DNA from: Minisyncoccota bacterium
GTDB taxonomy: Bacteria; Patescibacteriota; Minisyncoccia; Phycocordibacterales; UBA9973
Assembly: GCA_035403785.1 (NCBI GenBank)
Contig: DAONFW010000001.1
Coordinates: 21,595-85,594, forward strand
Direction of reading: 5' to 3'
DNA length: 64,000 nt
Positions 38,810 through 49,067 of this stretch are shown here, piece by piece. A program made the translations under genes and the position numbers. The notes beneath the pieces were generated by a model that was given only the letters and a program-made list of their open reading frames with translations, was not told the origin of the DNA and did not search any database. How positions within the stretch are numbered: the first letter of the stretch is position 1; each line of letters starts with the position of its first letter.

Positions 38810-38898
38810 GGAGGCGTGGATGAGTGGTTTAAATCAACGGTTTACTAAACCGTCGTACCCTAACCGGTACCGTGAGTTCGAATCTCACCGCCTCCGCA
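38810..38898 (+). tRNA. Class II (Ser-type) tRNA with apparent anticodon ACU (unusual A34); possible tRNA-Ser variant or pseudo-tRNA
   Basis: Acceptor GGAGGCG/CGCCTCC. D-stem GAT/ATC with GG in the loop. Anticodon arm ACGGT-TTACTAA-ACCGT. Variable arm GTACC-CTAACC-GGTAC. T arm GTGAG-TTCGAAT-CTCAC. The 3' CCA is not fully encoded (GCAG). Confidence 0.6.
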
Positions 38899-39001
38899 GT
38901 AAGAACTTGGTATCGACAGACTCGCTGGCTTATGATTGTGAAACGACCCGAGTGGCTGATTACCTAAACTGGGATATATAAGCTAAAATTGATTTATATC
39001 T

Positions 39002-39964
39002 ATGACTGAAGATTTATTGTTCAAAATAAAAGAAAAATCTAGTGAAATAGACTGGGCAGATACAGATATCAAAAAACCTTTAAGTATCAATTTTCCTGTA
39101 CCTGTTTTACACGCGCGCTATCCAAAAATCCAGCAATATTTGTTATCTGTTGCGCAACTTAGTAATTATCATTTTCTTGAAAACGATTTGATTATTTGCG
39201 ACATAGAAATTAAAAAACATCTCACAAAAAATATTGCGGATTTGCCAAATATAATTTTTCTCGAGGCAGCAGAAAATAAGACAAAAATTCTATCAGAAGC
39301 AAATATTCTAGTTAAACAAGTCACAGGAAAAAACTACAAAAGAATACTCGCTATTGGCGGTGGAATAATTGCTAATATTGCTTCATATATCGCAGAAAAG
39401 TTAGAGGTTGATATTGTTCATGTTCCCACTACAGTTCTTTCTATGTCTGATGCGAGTATTGGCGGAAAAGTCCGAGTCAATGACATTCAGGGAAATACTT
39501 TTATTAAACATGCGTATAAAACTTTTTATGAACCATCTGAGATAGTTCTTGATCCGCTTTTTCTTACATATTTAAGCGATGAACAGATACGAATTGGACT
39601 CGCTGAAATTATTAAGCACGCCCTCTATCAGTCTCCGTTACTTGCTGAGTATCTTTTATCAGATGCATTTCAGCCTTTTACCGACAGACTTAGCTTGTTG
39701 AGAGCAATTCTATGGGTCGCTGATCTAAAACGAATTTGTCTTGAGATCGATCCAGAGGAAACTAAAAATGGTTCATATAAAATTCTTCGAGCAGCGCATG
39801 ATATTTCTGACAAACTTGAGGAAAGAAGTGGATTCACGTTGCCTCATGGAAAAGCCGTAGAAAAAGCAATGGTTGAAGATTTGTATTCTAACAAAGGAAA
39901 ATCTGAGCAACTCGCTCGAATTTATCAAAAGCTTGGTATTGGATACACAACAGTATTTTCTTAG
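39002..39964 (+). CDS. 3-dehydroquinate synthase family protein (AroB-like sugar phosphate cyclase fold)
   Basis: Gly-rich NAD loop LAIGGGIIANIASY. VPTTVLSMSDASIGGKVRVN resembles the DHQS motif. A conserved HG occurs later (LPHGKAVE). Confidence 0.6.
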   Translation: MTEDLLFKIKEKSSEIDWADTDIKKPLSINFPVPVLHARYPKIQQYLLSVAQLSNYHFLENDLIICDIEIKKHLTKNIADLPNIIFLEAAENKTKILSEANILVKQVTGKNYKRILAIGGGIIANIASYIAEKLEVDIVHVPTTVLSMSDASIGGKVRVNDIQGNTFIKHAYKTFYEPSEIVLDPLFLTYLSDEQIRIGLAEIIKHALYQSPLLAEYLLSDAFQPFTDRLSLLRAILWVADLKRICLEIDPEETKNGSYKILRAAHDISDKLEERSGFTLPHGKAVEKAMVEDLYSNKGKSEQLARIYQKLGIGYTTVFS

Positions 39965-40082
39965 ACTAAGACTCGAGTGCCTCAGTAAGACGTGTGAAAA
40001 AGTGCTAAAATATCCTTACTGGGCTTTAACTCGTGGGTACCTAACTCACATGGCCCGCAAAAATTAATGCTATAATATATCC

Positions 40083-40877
40083 ATGATTTTAAAAAAGAGA
40101 AAGTCTTCTTTTAAAGCTAAAAAGAAAGAACCTGAAAATTTAAAAGAAGAAAACAAAAAGTTAAAAAAATTAAATGCCGTAAAAACAGATTTGGTTTCTA
40201 TCAGCGCGCATCAAATACGTACTTCCCTCTCTGCGCTTAAGTGGATCATAAAAATGTTCTTGGATGGCGATCTTGGTAAGCTTACACCTGAGCAAGACAC
40301 TCTACTGCGAAAAGCTTTTCAAGGGAACGAACGCGCTATCAATATTGTCAGTGAATTACTTCTAGCCAACAAAACTGAAAATCTAGAAGAGAAAGCGTAC
40401 GATTTTGTTAAATTAGATATTATAGACACAATCGAGAGTTGCATCTTTGATTTTACTGGAGAGGCACGTTCTCAAGATATTGAAATAATTTTTCTAAAAC
40501 CAAATGGGAAAGAACCGTTTGTAAGAGCAGACAAAGAAAAAATTCGAGTAGTATTTCAAAATCTTTTAGAAAATGCTATCAAGTACAGCAATCAACATAG
40601 TAAAATTTTTATAATATTAAAAGAAAATAAAGACGAAGTTGAGATTTCTGTAAAAGATTCTGGAATTGGCATCTCAGCCGAAGGACAAAAGAGAATCTTT
40701 GAGAAATTCTATCGAGACCTAACTGCCCAAAAAAAAGAAGTGGTGGGCTCAGGAATCGGACTTTTCACCAGCAAACAGATTGTTGAAAAACACTCAGGAA
40801 AAATATGGTTCGAAAGCAAAGAGGGTGAAGGTACGACTTTCTTCTTTACGATACCAATTTATAAGGGTAATAAATAA
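40083..40877 (+). CDS. Cytoplasmic sensor histidine kinase (HisKA plus HATPase_c, no TM)
   Basis: H-box ISAHQIRTSLSAL. N-box LLENAIKYS. G-boxes DSGIGIS and GSGIGLF. Confidence 0.8.
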   Translation: MILKKRKSSFKAKKKEPENLKEENKKLKKLNAVKTDLVSISAHQIRTSLSALKWIIKMFLDGDLGKLTPEQDTLLRKAFQGNERAINIVSELLLANKTENLEEKAYDFVKLDIIDTIESCIFDFTGEARSQDIEIIFLKPNGKEPFVRADKEKIRVVFQNLLENAIKYSNQHSKIFIILKENKDEVEISVKDSGIGISAEGQKRIFEKFYRDLTAQKKEVVGSGIGLFTSKQIVEKHSGKIWFESKEGEGTTFFFTIPIYKGNK

Positions 40878-40916
40878 GTTGCATGCAATTGTGCAAATAG
40901 TATAATTATTATACAT

Positions 40917-41291
40917 ATGGCAAAAACAATACTTATAGTTGAAGACGATAATTTTCTACAGGGGCTTGAAGCCACCAAATTAAAAAAAGAAGGTTACGAA
41001 ATTTTAACAGCTTCAAATAGTGTAGAAGCTTTTAAGCATATCGAAAGCCCAACAAAAATTGATTTGATATTACTAGACTTGTTGCTTCCAGAAGTGGACG
41101 GATTTATGATTTTGGAAAAAATAAGAGATAACAAGAATTATGTAACTATTCCTGTTATTGTTTTCTCAAATCTTTCAGAAGAAAAAGATATCAAGCGCGC
41201 AACTAAACTTGGAATTAGTGAATTTATGGTCAAGTCAAACTTTACACTAGATGAACTTGCAAAGAAAGTAAAAGATTTGATTGGTGTATAG
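40917..41291 (+). CDS. Response regulator, receiver domain only
   Basis: ILIVEDD...DLILLDLLLPEVDGF. Conserved Lys is present. Length 124 aa. Confidence 0.8.
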   Translation: MAKTILIVEDDNFLQGLEATKLKKEGYEILTASNSVEAFKHIESPTKIDLILLDLLLPEVDGFMILEKIRDNKNYVTIPVIVFSNLSEEKDIKRATKLGISEFMVKSNFTLDELAKKVKDLIGV

Positions 41292-41303
41292 ATTGGTGCA
41301 TAA

Positions 41304-43475
41304 ATGGAATTACACGATAAACTTGAAGAAAAATTTAGATTAGATATTAATCAAAAAAAAGCTCTAAAGAGATTAGGGCTTTTTTCTGTTCGCGATTTAC
41401 TTTATCACTTCCCTGTCAGATATTCTGACATAAGCACGCTCAAAAAAATTTCTGACTTAATTCCTGGAGAGGTAGCAACTGTCTATGGAAAAATTTCAAA
41501 ATTAAAAACACGCAAAGCCTTCAAATCCAAAATTCCTATGGGTGAAGGTGAAATAGAAGATCTCTCAGGAAAAATAAAAATCATTTGGTTCAATCAAGCT
41601 TATTTGGCAAAAATGATTAAAAATGGCGAGAACGTAAAAATCACTGGAAAAGTTACTCAAAGCAAAAACGGTCTTTATTTAGCAAATCCAGAAGTTGAAA
41701 AAGCGCCAGACTTGCCGATAGATTCGCACGACTCTTTATTTAGCAAAAATACAGATAATAACACAGAAAATTCTGGCTTCTCTTATCCTGTTTATCGCGA
41801 AACCAGAGGCATCACTTCTAAATGGTTTTATCACGCAATAGAAAAAATTTTGAAAGAAAAAAGTTTAGATAATCTAGAAGATTATATTCCAAAAGATATT
41901 TTGGAAAAATATAATTTACCTAGCTTAAAAGCTGCTTTAATTTGGATTCATAAACCAAAAAATCCAAAAGACGCAGAAGCGGCGAAGAAAAGATTCGCGT
42001 TCGAAGAAGTTTTTTGTATTCAGTTGGAACGCCAACACGACAAACTAGAGTACAGAAAAAATAAATCTTTCAAAATTTCAAAAGAAGATAAAGATGTGAA
42101 AGAGTTTCTAGAAAGATTCCCTTTTGAACCAACAGATTCACAAAAAAATTCTATCCAAACTATTTTGGAAGACATGGGAAAAAATTTTCCAATGTCTAGA
42201 TTGCTTGAAGGAGACGTTGGCTCTGGTAAAACCGCCGTGGCCGCAACAGCTGCATATGTGGCCGTCAAACAAAGACCCAAAGGTCAAAATTTTGGCAATC
42301 TACAAGTCGCCTATATGGCGCCAACAGAAATTCTTGCTTCACAACATTTTGAATCTTTTATTCAGTATTTCAAGCATTTGCCGATAAATATCGGCTTAAT
42401 TACTGGCTCAGGTTGCAAAAAATTTCCGTCAAAAGTAAATCCATCTGGCTGGACGGATATTTCTCGTACTCAACTGCTCAAATGGTCAGCCAATGGCGAA
42501 TTGCCAATTTTAATCGGCACACATGCGCTAATTCAAAAAACTGTAAAATTTAAAAATCTCGCATTTGTGGTAATAGATGAGCAACATAGATTCGGCACAA
42601 ACCAACGCAGAAAATTAGTACGTAAAGATGGTGTTGCCCCACATTTGCTTTCTATGACTGCGACACCAATTCCCCGCACACTCGCACTCACAATTTATGG
42701 GGATTTGGATTTATCACTTCTTGATCAAATGCCAACAGGCAGAAAACAAATAATTACCGAAATTATCACACCAGACAAAAGAGAAAACACTTACGAGAAA
42801 ATAAAAAAAGAATTAGAAGCCGGCAGACAACTCTATGTAATTTGTCCGAGAATAGATGAACCAGATCCAGAAAAAGAAATGGCTGTGCAAGCAAAGTCTG
42901 CTGTCGCTGAAGCAAAAAGATTAAAAAAAGAAGTTTTTCCGCAATATGAAATTGGTGTATTGCATTCAAAAATGAATAAAGATAAAAAAGAAAAAGTAAT
43001 GAAAGATTTTTCTAATGGAAAAATAGATATCTTGTGCGCTACTTCGGTTGTTGAAGTTGGTGTAAATGTGCCAAACGCAACTGTCATAATAATAGAAGGC
43101 GCGGAGAGATTTGGTTTGGCTCAACTTCACCAGCTCAGAGGCCGTGTAATCAGAAGTAATCATCAAGCTTACTGCTATGTTTTCGCCGACGCAAAAACTG
43201 ACAAAACTATCCAAAGATTAAATGCATTAAAAAATGCAAAAAACGGCTTTGAACTCGCAGAACTTGATTTATCTTTGCGTGGCGCAGGAGAACTTTCTGG
43301 CGCAAAACAATGGGGCATTTCGGATTTAGGAATGGAAGCTATCAAAAATATAAAAATGGTGGAAGCAGCAAGAACAGAAGCTATCAGATTAATTTCTGAA
43401 GATCCAGAATTAAAAAACTATCCCCTACTCAAACAGAGAGTTCGTGAGAAAGCTGGAGAGTTTCATTTTGAATAA
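41304..43475 (+). CDS. recG: ATP-dependent DNA helicase RecG
   Basis: N-terminal wedge/OB domain. Motif I GDVGSGKT. Motif II DEQHRFG. Length 723 aa. Confidence 0.85.
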   Translation: MELHDKLEEKFRLDINQKKALKRLGLFSVRDLLYHFPVRYSDISTLKKISDLIPGEVATVYGKISKLKTRKAFKSKIPMGEGEIEDLSGKIKIIWFNQAYLAKMIKNGENVKITGKVTQSKNGLYLANPEVEKAPDLPIDSHDSLFSKNTDNNTENSGFSYPVYRETRGITSKWFYHAIEKILKEKSLDNLEDYIPKDILEKYNLPSLKAALIWIHKPKNPKDAEAAKKRFAFEEVFCIQLERQHDKLEYRKNKSFKISKEDKDVKEFLERFPFEPTDSQKNSIQTILEDMGKNFPMSRLLEGDVGSGKTAVAATAAYVAVKQRPKGQNFGNLQVAYMAPTEILASQHFESFIQYFKHLPINIGLITGSGCKKFPSKVNPSGWTDISRTQLLKWSANGELPILIGTHALIQKTVKFKNLAFVVIDEQHRFGTNQRRKLVRKDGVAPHLLSMTATPIPRTLALTIYGDLDLSLLDQMPTGRKQIITEIITPDKRENTYEKIKKELEAGRQLYVICPRIDEPDPEKEMAVQAKSAVAEAKRLKKEVFPQYEIGVLHSKMNKDKKEKVMKDFSNGKIDILCATSVVEVGVNVPNATVIIIEGAERFGLAQLHQLRGRVIRSNHQAYCYVFADAKTDKTIQRLNALKNAKNGFELAELDLSLRGAGELSGAKQWGISDLGMEAIKNIKMVEAARTEAIRLISEDPELKNYPLLKQRVREKAGEFHFE

Positions 43476-43591
43476 AAGAAAAATTTTTACACTTGTCGTC
43501 ACAAATAATTTCTCGCCGTCGCTCGAAATTTTTGCGACCCCGGCTCGCGGTTTTGTTTACTAACAAAACATCGCTCCGCCTCGGCCAAGCT

Positions 43592-43620
43592 AAAAATCTC
43601 CCATAAGGGAGATTTTTTTA
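43592..43620. terminator. Bidirectional terminator (tctccc-ataa-gggaga flanked by A5 and T7)
   Basis: Seen in sequence. It lies downstream of the minus-strand tRNA and the plus-strand recG. Confidence 0.55.
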
Positions 43621-43626
43621 ACGCTT

Positions 43627-43702
43627 GTCCGCCCTCTTGGACTCGAACCAAGGACCCCAGAGGTATAAGCTCTGTGCTCTAGCCAGCTGAGCTAAGGGCG
43701 GA
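43627..43702 (-). tRNA. tRNA-Ile (anticodon UAU, or possibly modified)
   Basis: Reverse complement: TCCGCCC acceptor; D arm GCTC-AGCTGGCTA-GAGC; anticodon arm CAGAG-CTTATAC-CTCTG; T arm CTTGG-TTCGAGT-CCAAG. Length 76 nt. Confidence 0.7.
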
Positions 43703-43737
43703 TATGTATTAATATAGCATTACAAAACCAAACTCGC

Positions 43738-43780
43738 AAACAAAAACACTCTGAGATTTTCAGAGTGTTTTTTATTTTTT
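43738..43780 (-). terminator. Terminator downstream of ftsH (cactctga-gatttt-cagagtg)
   Basis: 8-bp perfect stem, flanked by A-rich (plus strand) and T-rich runs. Confidence 0.6.
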
Positions 43781-45686
43781 ATTTAACTTCTTCTTCGAGC
43801 TTTTTCGGCATTATGCCATGAGCGATAATTATCTGTTCGTATTCGTCTTGCTCTAGAGTTTCAACTTCTATCAATTTGTCAGCTATCGCATCTAATGCTT
43901 TTTTATTTTCTTTCAAAACTTTTTCTGCCGTGATAATTCCATCATTTATTATTCTTGAAATTTCTGAATCAACTTTTTCAAACATTTTTTCAGAAAATTC
44001 TTTTTCCTCATTCATCCCCCACTGCACCTTTCCGCCATCACTACTCAAGGCTACGGGACCGATCAAGTCAGACATTCCCCAACGAGTCACCATTGCTTTT
44101 GCTAAATCTGTCGCAACTTGCAAATCACTAGACGGGCCAGTTGTCACATCATTGAAAATCATTTTTTCTGCAACATAACCACCGAGAGACATTGCGATAT
44201 CATCAAGAAATTCTTTTCTGGACTGCAATCTTTTTTCTTCAAGTGGAAGCTTGAGTGTATAACCACCAGCTCTACCACGGGCCACGATAGAAACTTTGTG
44301 CACCGGATCTGCGTTCGGCAAAACAGATGCAACTAGCGCATGCCCTGCTTCGTGATAAGCAGTAATTTTCTTTTCATTTTTTGAAAGTAAGTGACTTTTT
44401 CTTTCTGGCCCCATCATTACTTTTTCAATAGATCTAATCAAGTCAAACTGAAAAACTTTCTTTCTATTTTCGCGAGCAGCAAGAATAGCCCCTTCGTTCA
44501 TAAGTGAATACAAATCAGCACCAGAGAATCCCGGCGTACGTTCTGCAATTAATTTCAAATTAACATCTTCAGCTAATGGTTTTTTCGTTGCATGAATTTT
44601 CAAAATTTCTTCTCTGTCTGCTCTATCTGGTAAATCTAGTATTACTCTCCTATCGAATCTTCCTGGTCTCAAAAGGGCTGGATCAAGCACATCTGGTCTG
44701 TTTGTAGCAGCCATGACTATTACTTTATCATTCGGCTCAAAGCCGTCCATTTCAACAAGAATCTGGTTCAAAGTCTGTTCACGTTCGTCATTTCCACCAC
44801 CAACACCAGTTCCTCTGACTCGCCCAACAGCATCTATTTCATCCACGAAAATAATCGCTGGGGCTGCGCGTTTTGCCATCTTGAATAAATCTCTCACTCT
44901 AGAAGCCCCAACTCCAACGAACATTTCTACGAATTCAGAACCAGACAGATGAAAGAAAGGCACAGAAGCTTCCCCTGCTACCGCTCTAGCCAACAAAGTT
45001 TTTCCCGTTCCAGGTGCACCAGTTAAGATCACACCTTTTGGAATTCTTGCACCAATATCCAAAAACTTTTTTGGACTTTTCAAAAAATCTACAATCTCTT
45101 TCAGTTCTTCTTTTGCTTCTTTGCAACCAGCAACATCTTTAAAAGTTATTTTATTATTTTTGTCATTCGGGTCTGTAATTCTTGCTTTTGACTGTCCAAA
45201 AGAAAAAGCTTGCATACCAGAACCCTTCGCCTGTCTAGACAAATACCAAAAGAAAAAAATTATAAACAAAACTGGCAATAAGAACGGCAGTAAATTCAAC
45301 ATCCAATAACCAAAGCCAGATTCATTTTTTACTTCTATCTGCGCAACAGCAAGCGCCTCTGGTTTTACCCCATAGTTAGATAAAGTTTCAGAAAGAGAAG
45401 TTTCTGCTTCTTTCTTTGCTTTCTTTACTTCGTCGTTTTGATACGTGATAGTCAAATCTTCTCCTTCAATCAAAATTTTCTTTACTTCCCCAGCTGATAC
45501 ACTTTTTGCCAAATCAGAAATTGGAACTTCCGGTACAACTTTCGTGCTTCCAGAAATCACTAAATACAAAGCTGTTATCAACATGAAAATCAAAAGCGCC
45601 CCAGCAATACTGCTAGAAAATTTGCTTTCTTTCTTCTTTTTACCTTTATTTTGCGTGTTTTTTTGGTTTAAAAAATTCATATCCAT
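43779..45686 (-). CDS. ftsH: ATP-dependent zinc metalloprotease FtsH
   Basis: Two N-terminal TM helices. Walker [12 protein letters not shown]. Zinc motif HEAGHAL. Confidence 0.95.
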   Translation of the reverse strand: MDMNFLNQKNTQNKGKKKKESKFSSSIAGALLIFMLITALYLVISGSTKVVPEVPISDLAKSVSAGEVKKILIEGEDLTITYQNDEVKKAKKEAETSLSETLSNYGVKPEALAVAQIEVKNESGFGYWMLNLLPFLLPVLFIIFFFWYLSRQAKGSGMQAFSFGQSKARITDPNDKNNKITFKDVAGCKEAKEELKEIVDFLKSPKKFLDIGARIPKGVILTGAPGTGKTLLARAVAGEASVPFFHLSGSEFVEMFVGVGASRVRDLFKMAKRAAPAIIFVDEIDAVGRVRGTGVGGGNDEREQTLNQILVEMDGFEPNDKVIVMAATNRPDVLDPALLRPGRFDRRVILDLPDRADREEILKIHATKKPLAEDVNLKLIAERTPGFSGADLYSLMNEGAILAARENRKKVFQFDLIRSIEKVMMGPERKSHLLSKNEKKITAYHEAGHALVASVLPNADPVHKVSIVARGRAGGYTLKLPLEEKRLQSRKEFLDDIAMSLGGYVAEKMIFNDVTTGPSSDLQVATDLAKAMVTRWGMSDLIGPVALSSDGGKVQWGMNEEKEFSEKMFEKVDSEISRIINDGIITAEKVLKENKKALDAIADKLIEVETLEQDEYEQIIIAHGIMPKKLEEEVK

Positions 45687-46005
45687 ATACTAAAAGATTA
45701 ACACAGAAAAATGTAATTGTTAAATACCATAAAATAAAAAAAATCATTTGCGCCCAAGCAACAAATGATTTTGGTTAATCAGAACCAAGATACACAATAT
45801 CTGGCTCAAACTCGAGAGTAAAAAGTGTAGTTTTGGGTTGTTTGTTAATAAAAATCTTCAACCCTTTAAAAAACTTTTCATCAAGAAAATCTTCTGTCTT
45901 ATTAGACTTCTTCATTTCCTGATATTTCTTTTCGATTTTTGAATTAATGTGCATATTTTTCGGATTTGCTTATTATAATACCATTATAAAATAAAAAGTC
46001 AAATG

Positions 46006-46680
46006 TTATTTATAAAAAGGCTTGAGAGCTGATTTTATGTTTTTTACCATTTCCAAGTCATCTTTAAAAAATCCATTAACAAACTCATACCTCCCTTTTT
46101 TAGGATTATACATAGAAACACTCTCTTCATATGTAAAATCACTACCTGAACCATAAGTTGCTGTACCGAAATCAATTATTACAGGCAAACCATCTTCGTT
46201 TATCATAATATTTTTTTCATGCAAGTCTCTGTGATAGATACCAACTTTATGCATAGTAGCAATCTGCTCCTCCAGCGCTTTACAAAAATTTTCATAATCA
46301 AATTTTTTAGGCATAAGTTCTGGTTTCTGAATCACCTCTGATATATTATATCCATCGACTCTCTCCATAAGAAAGTATTTTCCGTTTGGTGAATCTATAG
46401 ACACCAAAATTTCTGGGGTGTTCACTCCGTTTTCTCTCAACTCTTCTTGGTATTTACTTTCCTGCTCAAGGTCATTGTATTGAATCTGTGGTTTTTCTTT
46501 AACTTTTTTTAAACAAACTCCCTTAAGTTTCTCTTCTTTAGGAACAAAAATCACAGCGTTCCCTCCCTCTCCGATTGGAGTTTCTTCAAATTCAACATTT
46601 TTAATACGCTCTAAAATAATGTCGACTTCATTCGACTCTATTAGTTTTTTTACGCTACTATTTTCAAAAATGTTTTTCAT
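46006..46680 (-). CDS. Small protein-kinase-like fold protein (eukaryotic-like kinase / Kdo kinase superfamily)
   Basis: Catalytic loop YHRDLHEKNIMI. DFG (IIDFGTA). Upstream Lys in AVIFVPK. Confidence 0.55.
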   Translation of the reverse strand: MKNIFENSSVKKLIESNEVDIILERIKNVEFEETPIGEGGNAVIFVPKEEKLKGVCLKKVKEKPQIQYNDLEQESKYQEELRENGVNTPEILVSIDSPNGKYFLMERVDGYNISEVIQKPELMPKKFDYENFCKALEEQIATMHKVGIYHRDLHEKNIMINEDGLPVIIDFGTATYGSGSDFTYEESVSMYNPKKGRYEFVNGFFKDDLEMVKNIKSALKPFYK

Positions 46681-46712
46681 GATAATTTTATGAAAGTTAT
46701 TATATCAAATTC

Positions 46713-47105
46713 TGTGGAGATGGGGGAAATCGAATCCCCGTGCAGAAGGTTACTGAAATGAAATCTACATACTTAGTTTGTTTTTTTGTTTAAACCTAAA
46801 AACTAATAAGCAAACAAAATGTTTTTAGATCGATCCTCTTTGTTTCGGAAAAGACCCGAGGCTTGTCTTCCCTATCCCGAAAATATTATGCCCCAAACTT
46901 ATATATCGGAAGTCTATAAGCGAGACACCAGCCCTCTTAAGCGAAAGCTGGAGCAAAAGCGAAGTCCTTCATACCGAAGTATGGAGAAACTGAATCTTTT
47001 ACTTTAGAAGCTAATTTTGCAATTAGTTTTTTGAATAAGTTAACGAGATTATTCAGCTCGGTATGCATCAAGACAAACAGCCAACTGTCTATGCCTTGCA
47101 TCCCC
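46713..47105 (-). ncRNA. ssrA: tmRNA (ssrA) adjacent to smpB
   Basis: The reverse complement begins GGGGATGCAAGGCAT. It ends with a T-arm-like GGGGATTCGATTTCCCC and acceptor CATCTCCA with a G3-U70 pair. An internal reading frame ...MKDFAFAPAFA-TAA resembles Mollicutes-type proteolysis tags. The region is otherwise noncoding. Confidence 0.75.
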
Positions 47106-47143
47106 ATAAAAAATTTTCAAAGTTCACGCGTGCTTAGTCTCAC

Positions 47144-47590
47144 CTATCTTTTGAACTCACGTCTAATCTCAATATCTGTCTCACGCTTTTTGATACTTTC
47201 TCTTTTGTCTCGCGTCTTCTTTCCTTTTACCAAAGCAATTTCTACTTTGATTTTTCGATTTTTATTATACATTGCAAGTGGCACTATTGTCAAACTCTTA
47301 TTCTTTTCAGAATCAGCCAATTCTTTGATTTCTTTTTTGGTTAATAACAACTTCCTGTTTCTTAAAGTGTCATAATCAGCTGGTGTATTTTTTACTTGAT
47401 ACGGCTGAATATTCGCATTCATCAGAAAACACTCACCTCCTCTGATAATACAAAAAGCCCCTTCAAGAGAAACCTTGCCGGCACGAATAGCTTTGACTTC
47501 AGTACCAATAAGCTCAATTCCAGTTTCATATTTTTCTAGAATTTCATAGTCAAACCTAGCTTTTCTGTTTTCTGCATAATAAAATGCCAT
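47144..47590 (-). CDS. smpB: SsrA-binding protein SmpB
   Basis: NRKARFDYEILE...GTEVKAIR...ANIQPY SmpB signature. Basic C-terminal tail. Confidence 0.9.
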   Translation of the reverse strand: MAFYYAENRKARFDYEILEKYETGIELIGTEVKAIRAGKVSLEGAFCIIRGGECFLMNANIQPYQVKNTPADYDTLRNRKLLLTKKEIKELADSEKNKSLTIVPLAMYNKNRKIKVEIALVKGKKTRDKRESIKKRETDIEIRREFKR

Positions 47591-47649
47591 ATTTATATAC
47601 TAACATTTGATTTGAATTAAACAATAAAAAGAATAAAATAAAGTAATAT

Positions 47650-49026
47650 ATGGAAAAAAGAAAACTTAACGTCTCTGGATACAGAGGAATTTGGGGTGAA
47701 AGTTTAACAAAAGAAATTACTGAAAATTTTGTGAAAGCTTTTGGGTCTTTAATAAAAGAGACTTCTCAGTCTGAAAGGCCAACTCTTTTAATTGGCCGAG
47801 ATGGTAGAGAAAGCGGACCAGAAATTAAAAAAATAATTATCGCAACTCTAGAAAATTTAGGAATCAACCCAATAGATGGCGACATCATGCCGACACCAAC
47901 TGTGCTGTTTTCTGTCAGAAAGCACAAATATGACGGCGGAATAATAATTACCGCTTCACACAATCCGATAGAATACAACGGCTTAAAATTTGTGAATAGA
48001 AACGGCTTCTTCGCAACAAAAGAAGAAATAGCAAAGATAAACGAATATTACGAACAGAAGCAAACTGAAAAAATAGAAACAAAAAATCTTTCAGAAATTT
48101 CTGAACAAAAAGAGTTAAATATCCCGAATTTTACAAAAGAACACGCTGACCAGATTCTTTCTAAAATAAACGTAGAAAAAATAAAATCTAAAAAATTTAA
48201 AGTCGCCGTTGATATGATTAACGCTTCGGCTTGTGTGATAGACCCATATTTATTTGAACAGCTAGGTGTTGAATTAATTCAAGTTAATAATATTCCAAAT
48301 GGAAAATTCGCCCATAGACCAGAGCCGCTGAAAGAGAATCTGACAGAAATCGGAAAAATAGTGAAAGCATCTGGAGCTAATCTAGGTTTTGCTCATGATC
48401 CGGACGCAGACAGACTTGTTATGATTAATGAACTTGGTGAGGTTGTGCTAGAAGAATACACTTTGGCTTTTAGTGTTGAAAATATTTTATCTAAAAATCC
48501 AAATCAAAATATTACGATCAATCTTTCTACTTCACGCATGAGTGAGGACATCGCAGAAAGATATGGCAGTAAATGTTTTCGAACGAAAGTTGGTGAAGCA
48601 AATGTAGTTGAAGAAATGCAAAAAAAGAACGCTGTTATTGGTGGCGAAGGAAACGGCGGCACTATCTACCCTGCTATTAACTTCTGCCGAGACAGTTTTG
48701 TTAGTATTGCGCTTATTTTAGAACTATTAGCTGAAAGAAACCAAACTGTAACAGAATGCATAAATTCTCTGCCAAAATATTTTATAAAAAAAGACAAAAT
48801 GCCAGCAAATAGAGACTTAAATGAAATGTTTGCAAAGCTAAAAGAACACTTTTCTAATACTCAAACAAATGAAGAAGACGGATTGTATTTGAGTTTTCCA
48901 GACAAATCATGGGTACATTTACGCGCCTCCAACACAGAGCCAATAATAAGACTATTTGGCGAAGCTGCTAATGAAGAGCATATCGAGTCTTTATTTAACG
49001 AGATAAAGTTGACTTTGGGCTTATAA
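47650..49026 (+). CDS. glmM: Phosphoglucosamine mutase / phosphohexomutase family
   Basis: Active-site ITASHNPIEYNGLKF. Metal-binding FAHDPDADR. Sugar-binding GGEGNGG. Confidence 0.8.
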   Translation: MEKRKLNVSGYRGIWGESLTKEITENFVKAFGSLIKETSQSERPTLLIGRDGRESGPEIKKIIIATLENLGINPIDGDIMPTPTVLFSVRKHKYDGGIIITASHNPIEYNGLKFVNRNGFFATKEEIAKINEYYEQKQTEKIETKNLSEISEQKELNIPNFTKEHADQILSKINVEKIKSKKFKVAVDMINASACVIDPYLFEQLGVELIQVNNIPNGKFAHRPEPLKENLTEIGKIVKASGANLGFAHDPDADRLVMINELGEVVLEEYTLAFSVENILSKNPNQNITINLSTSRMSEDIAERYGSKCFRTKVGEANVVEEMQKKNAVIGGEGNGGTIYPAINFCRDSFVSIALILELLAERNQTVTECINSLPKYFIKKDKMPANRDLNEMFAKLKEHFSNTQTNEEDGLYLSFPDKSWVHLRASNTEPIIRLFGEAANEEHIESLFNEIKLTLGL

Positions 49027-49067
49027 TAAGCTATTATCTACAGAAGTTAAGTATTTATTTATATCAA

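Noticed and set aside
38888-39001. Possible additional tRNA or ncRNA in the 113-bp gap after the second Ser-type tRNA
   Set aside because: I could not derive a cloverleaf or convincing hairpins. It is more likely the promoter or leader of the AroB-like gene.
45779-45950. 57-aa minus-strand ORF (MHINSKIEKKYQEMKKSN...) between ftsH and the kinase-like gene
   Set aside because: It is short, lysine-rich and has no motif. It could be a real small protein, but the evidence is insufficient. The region may simply be the ftsH promoter.
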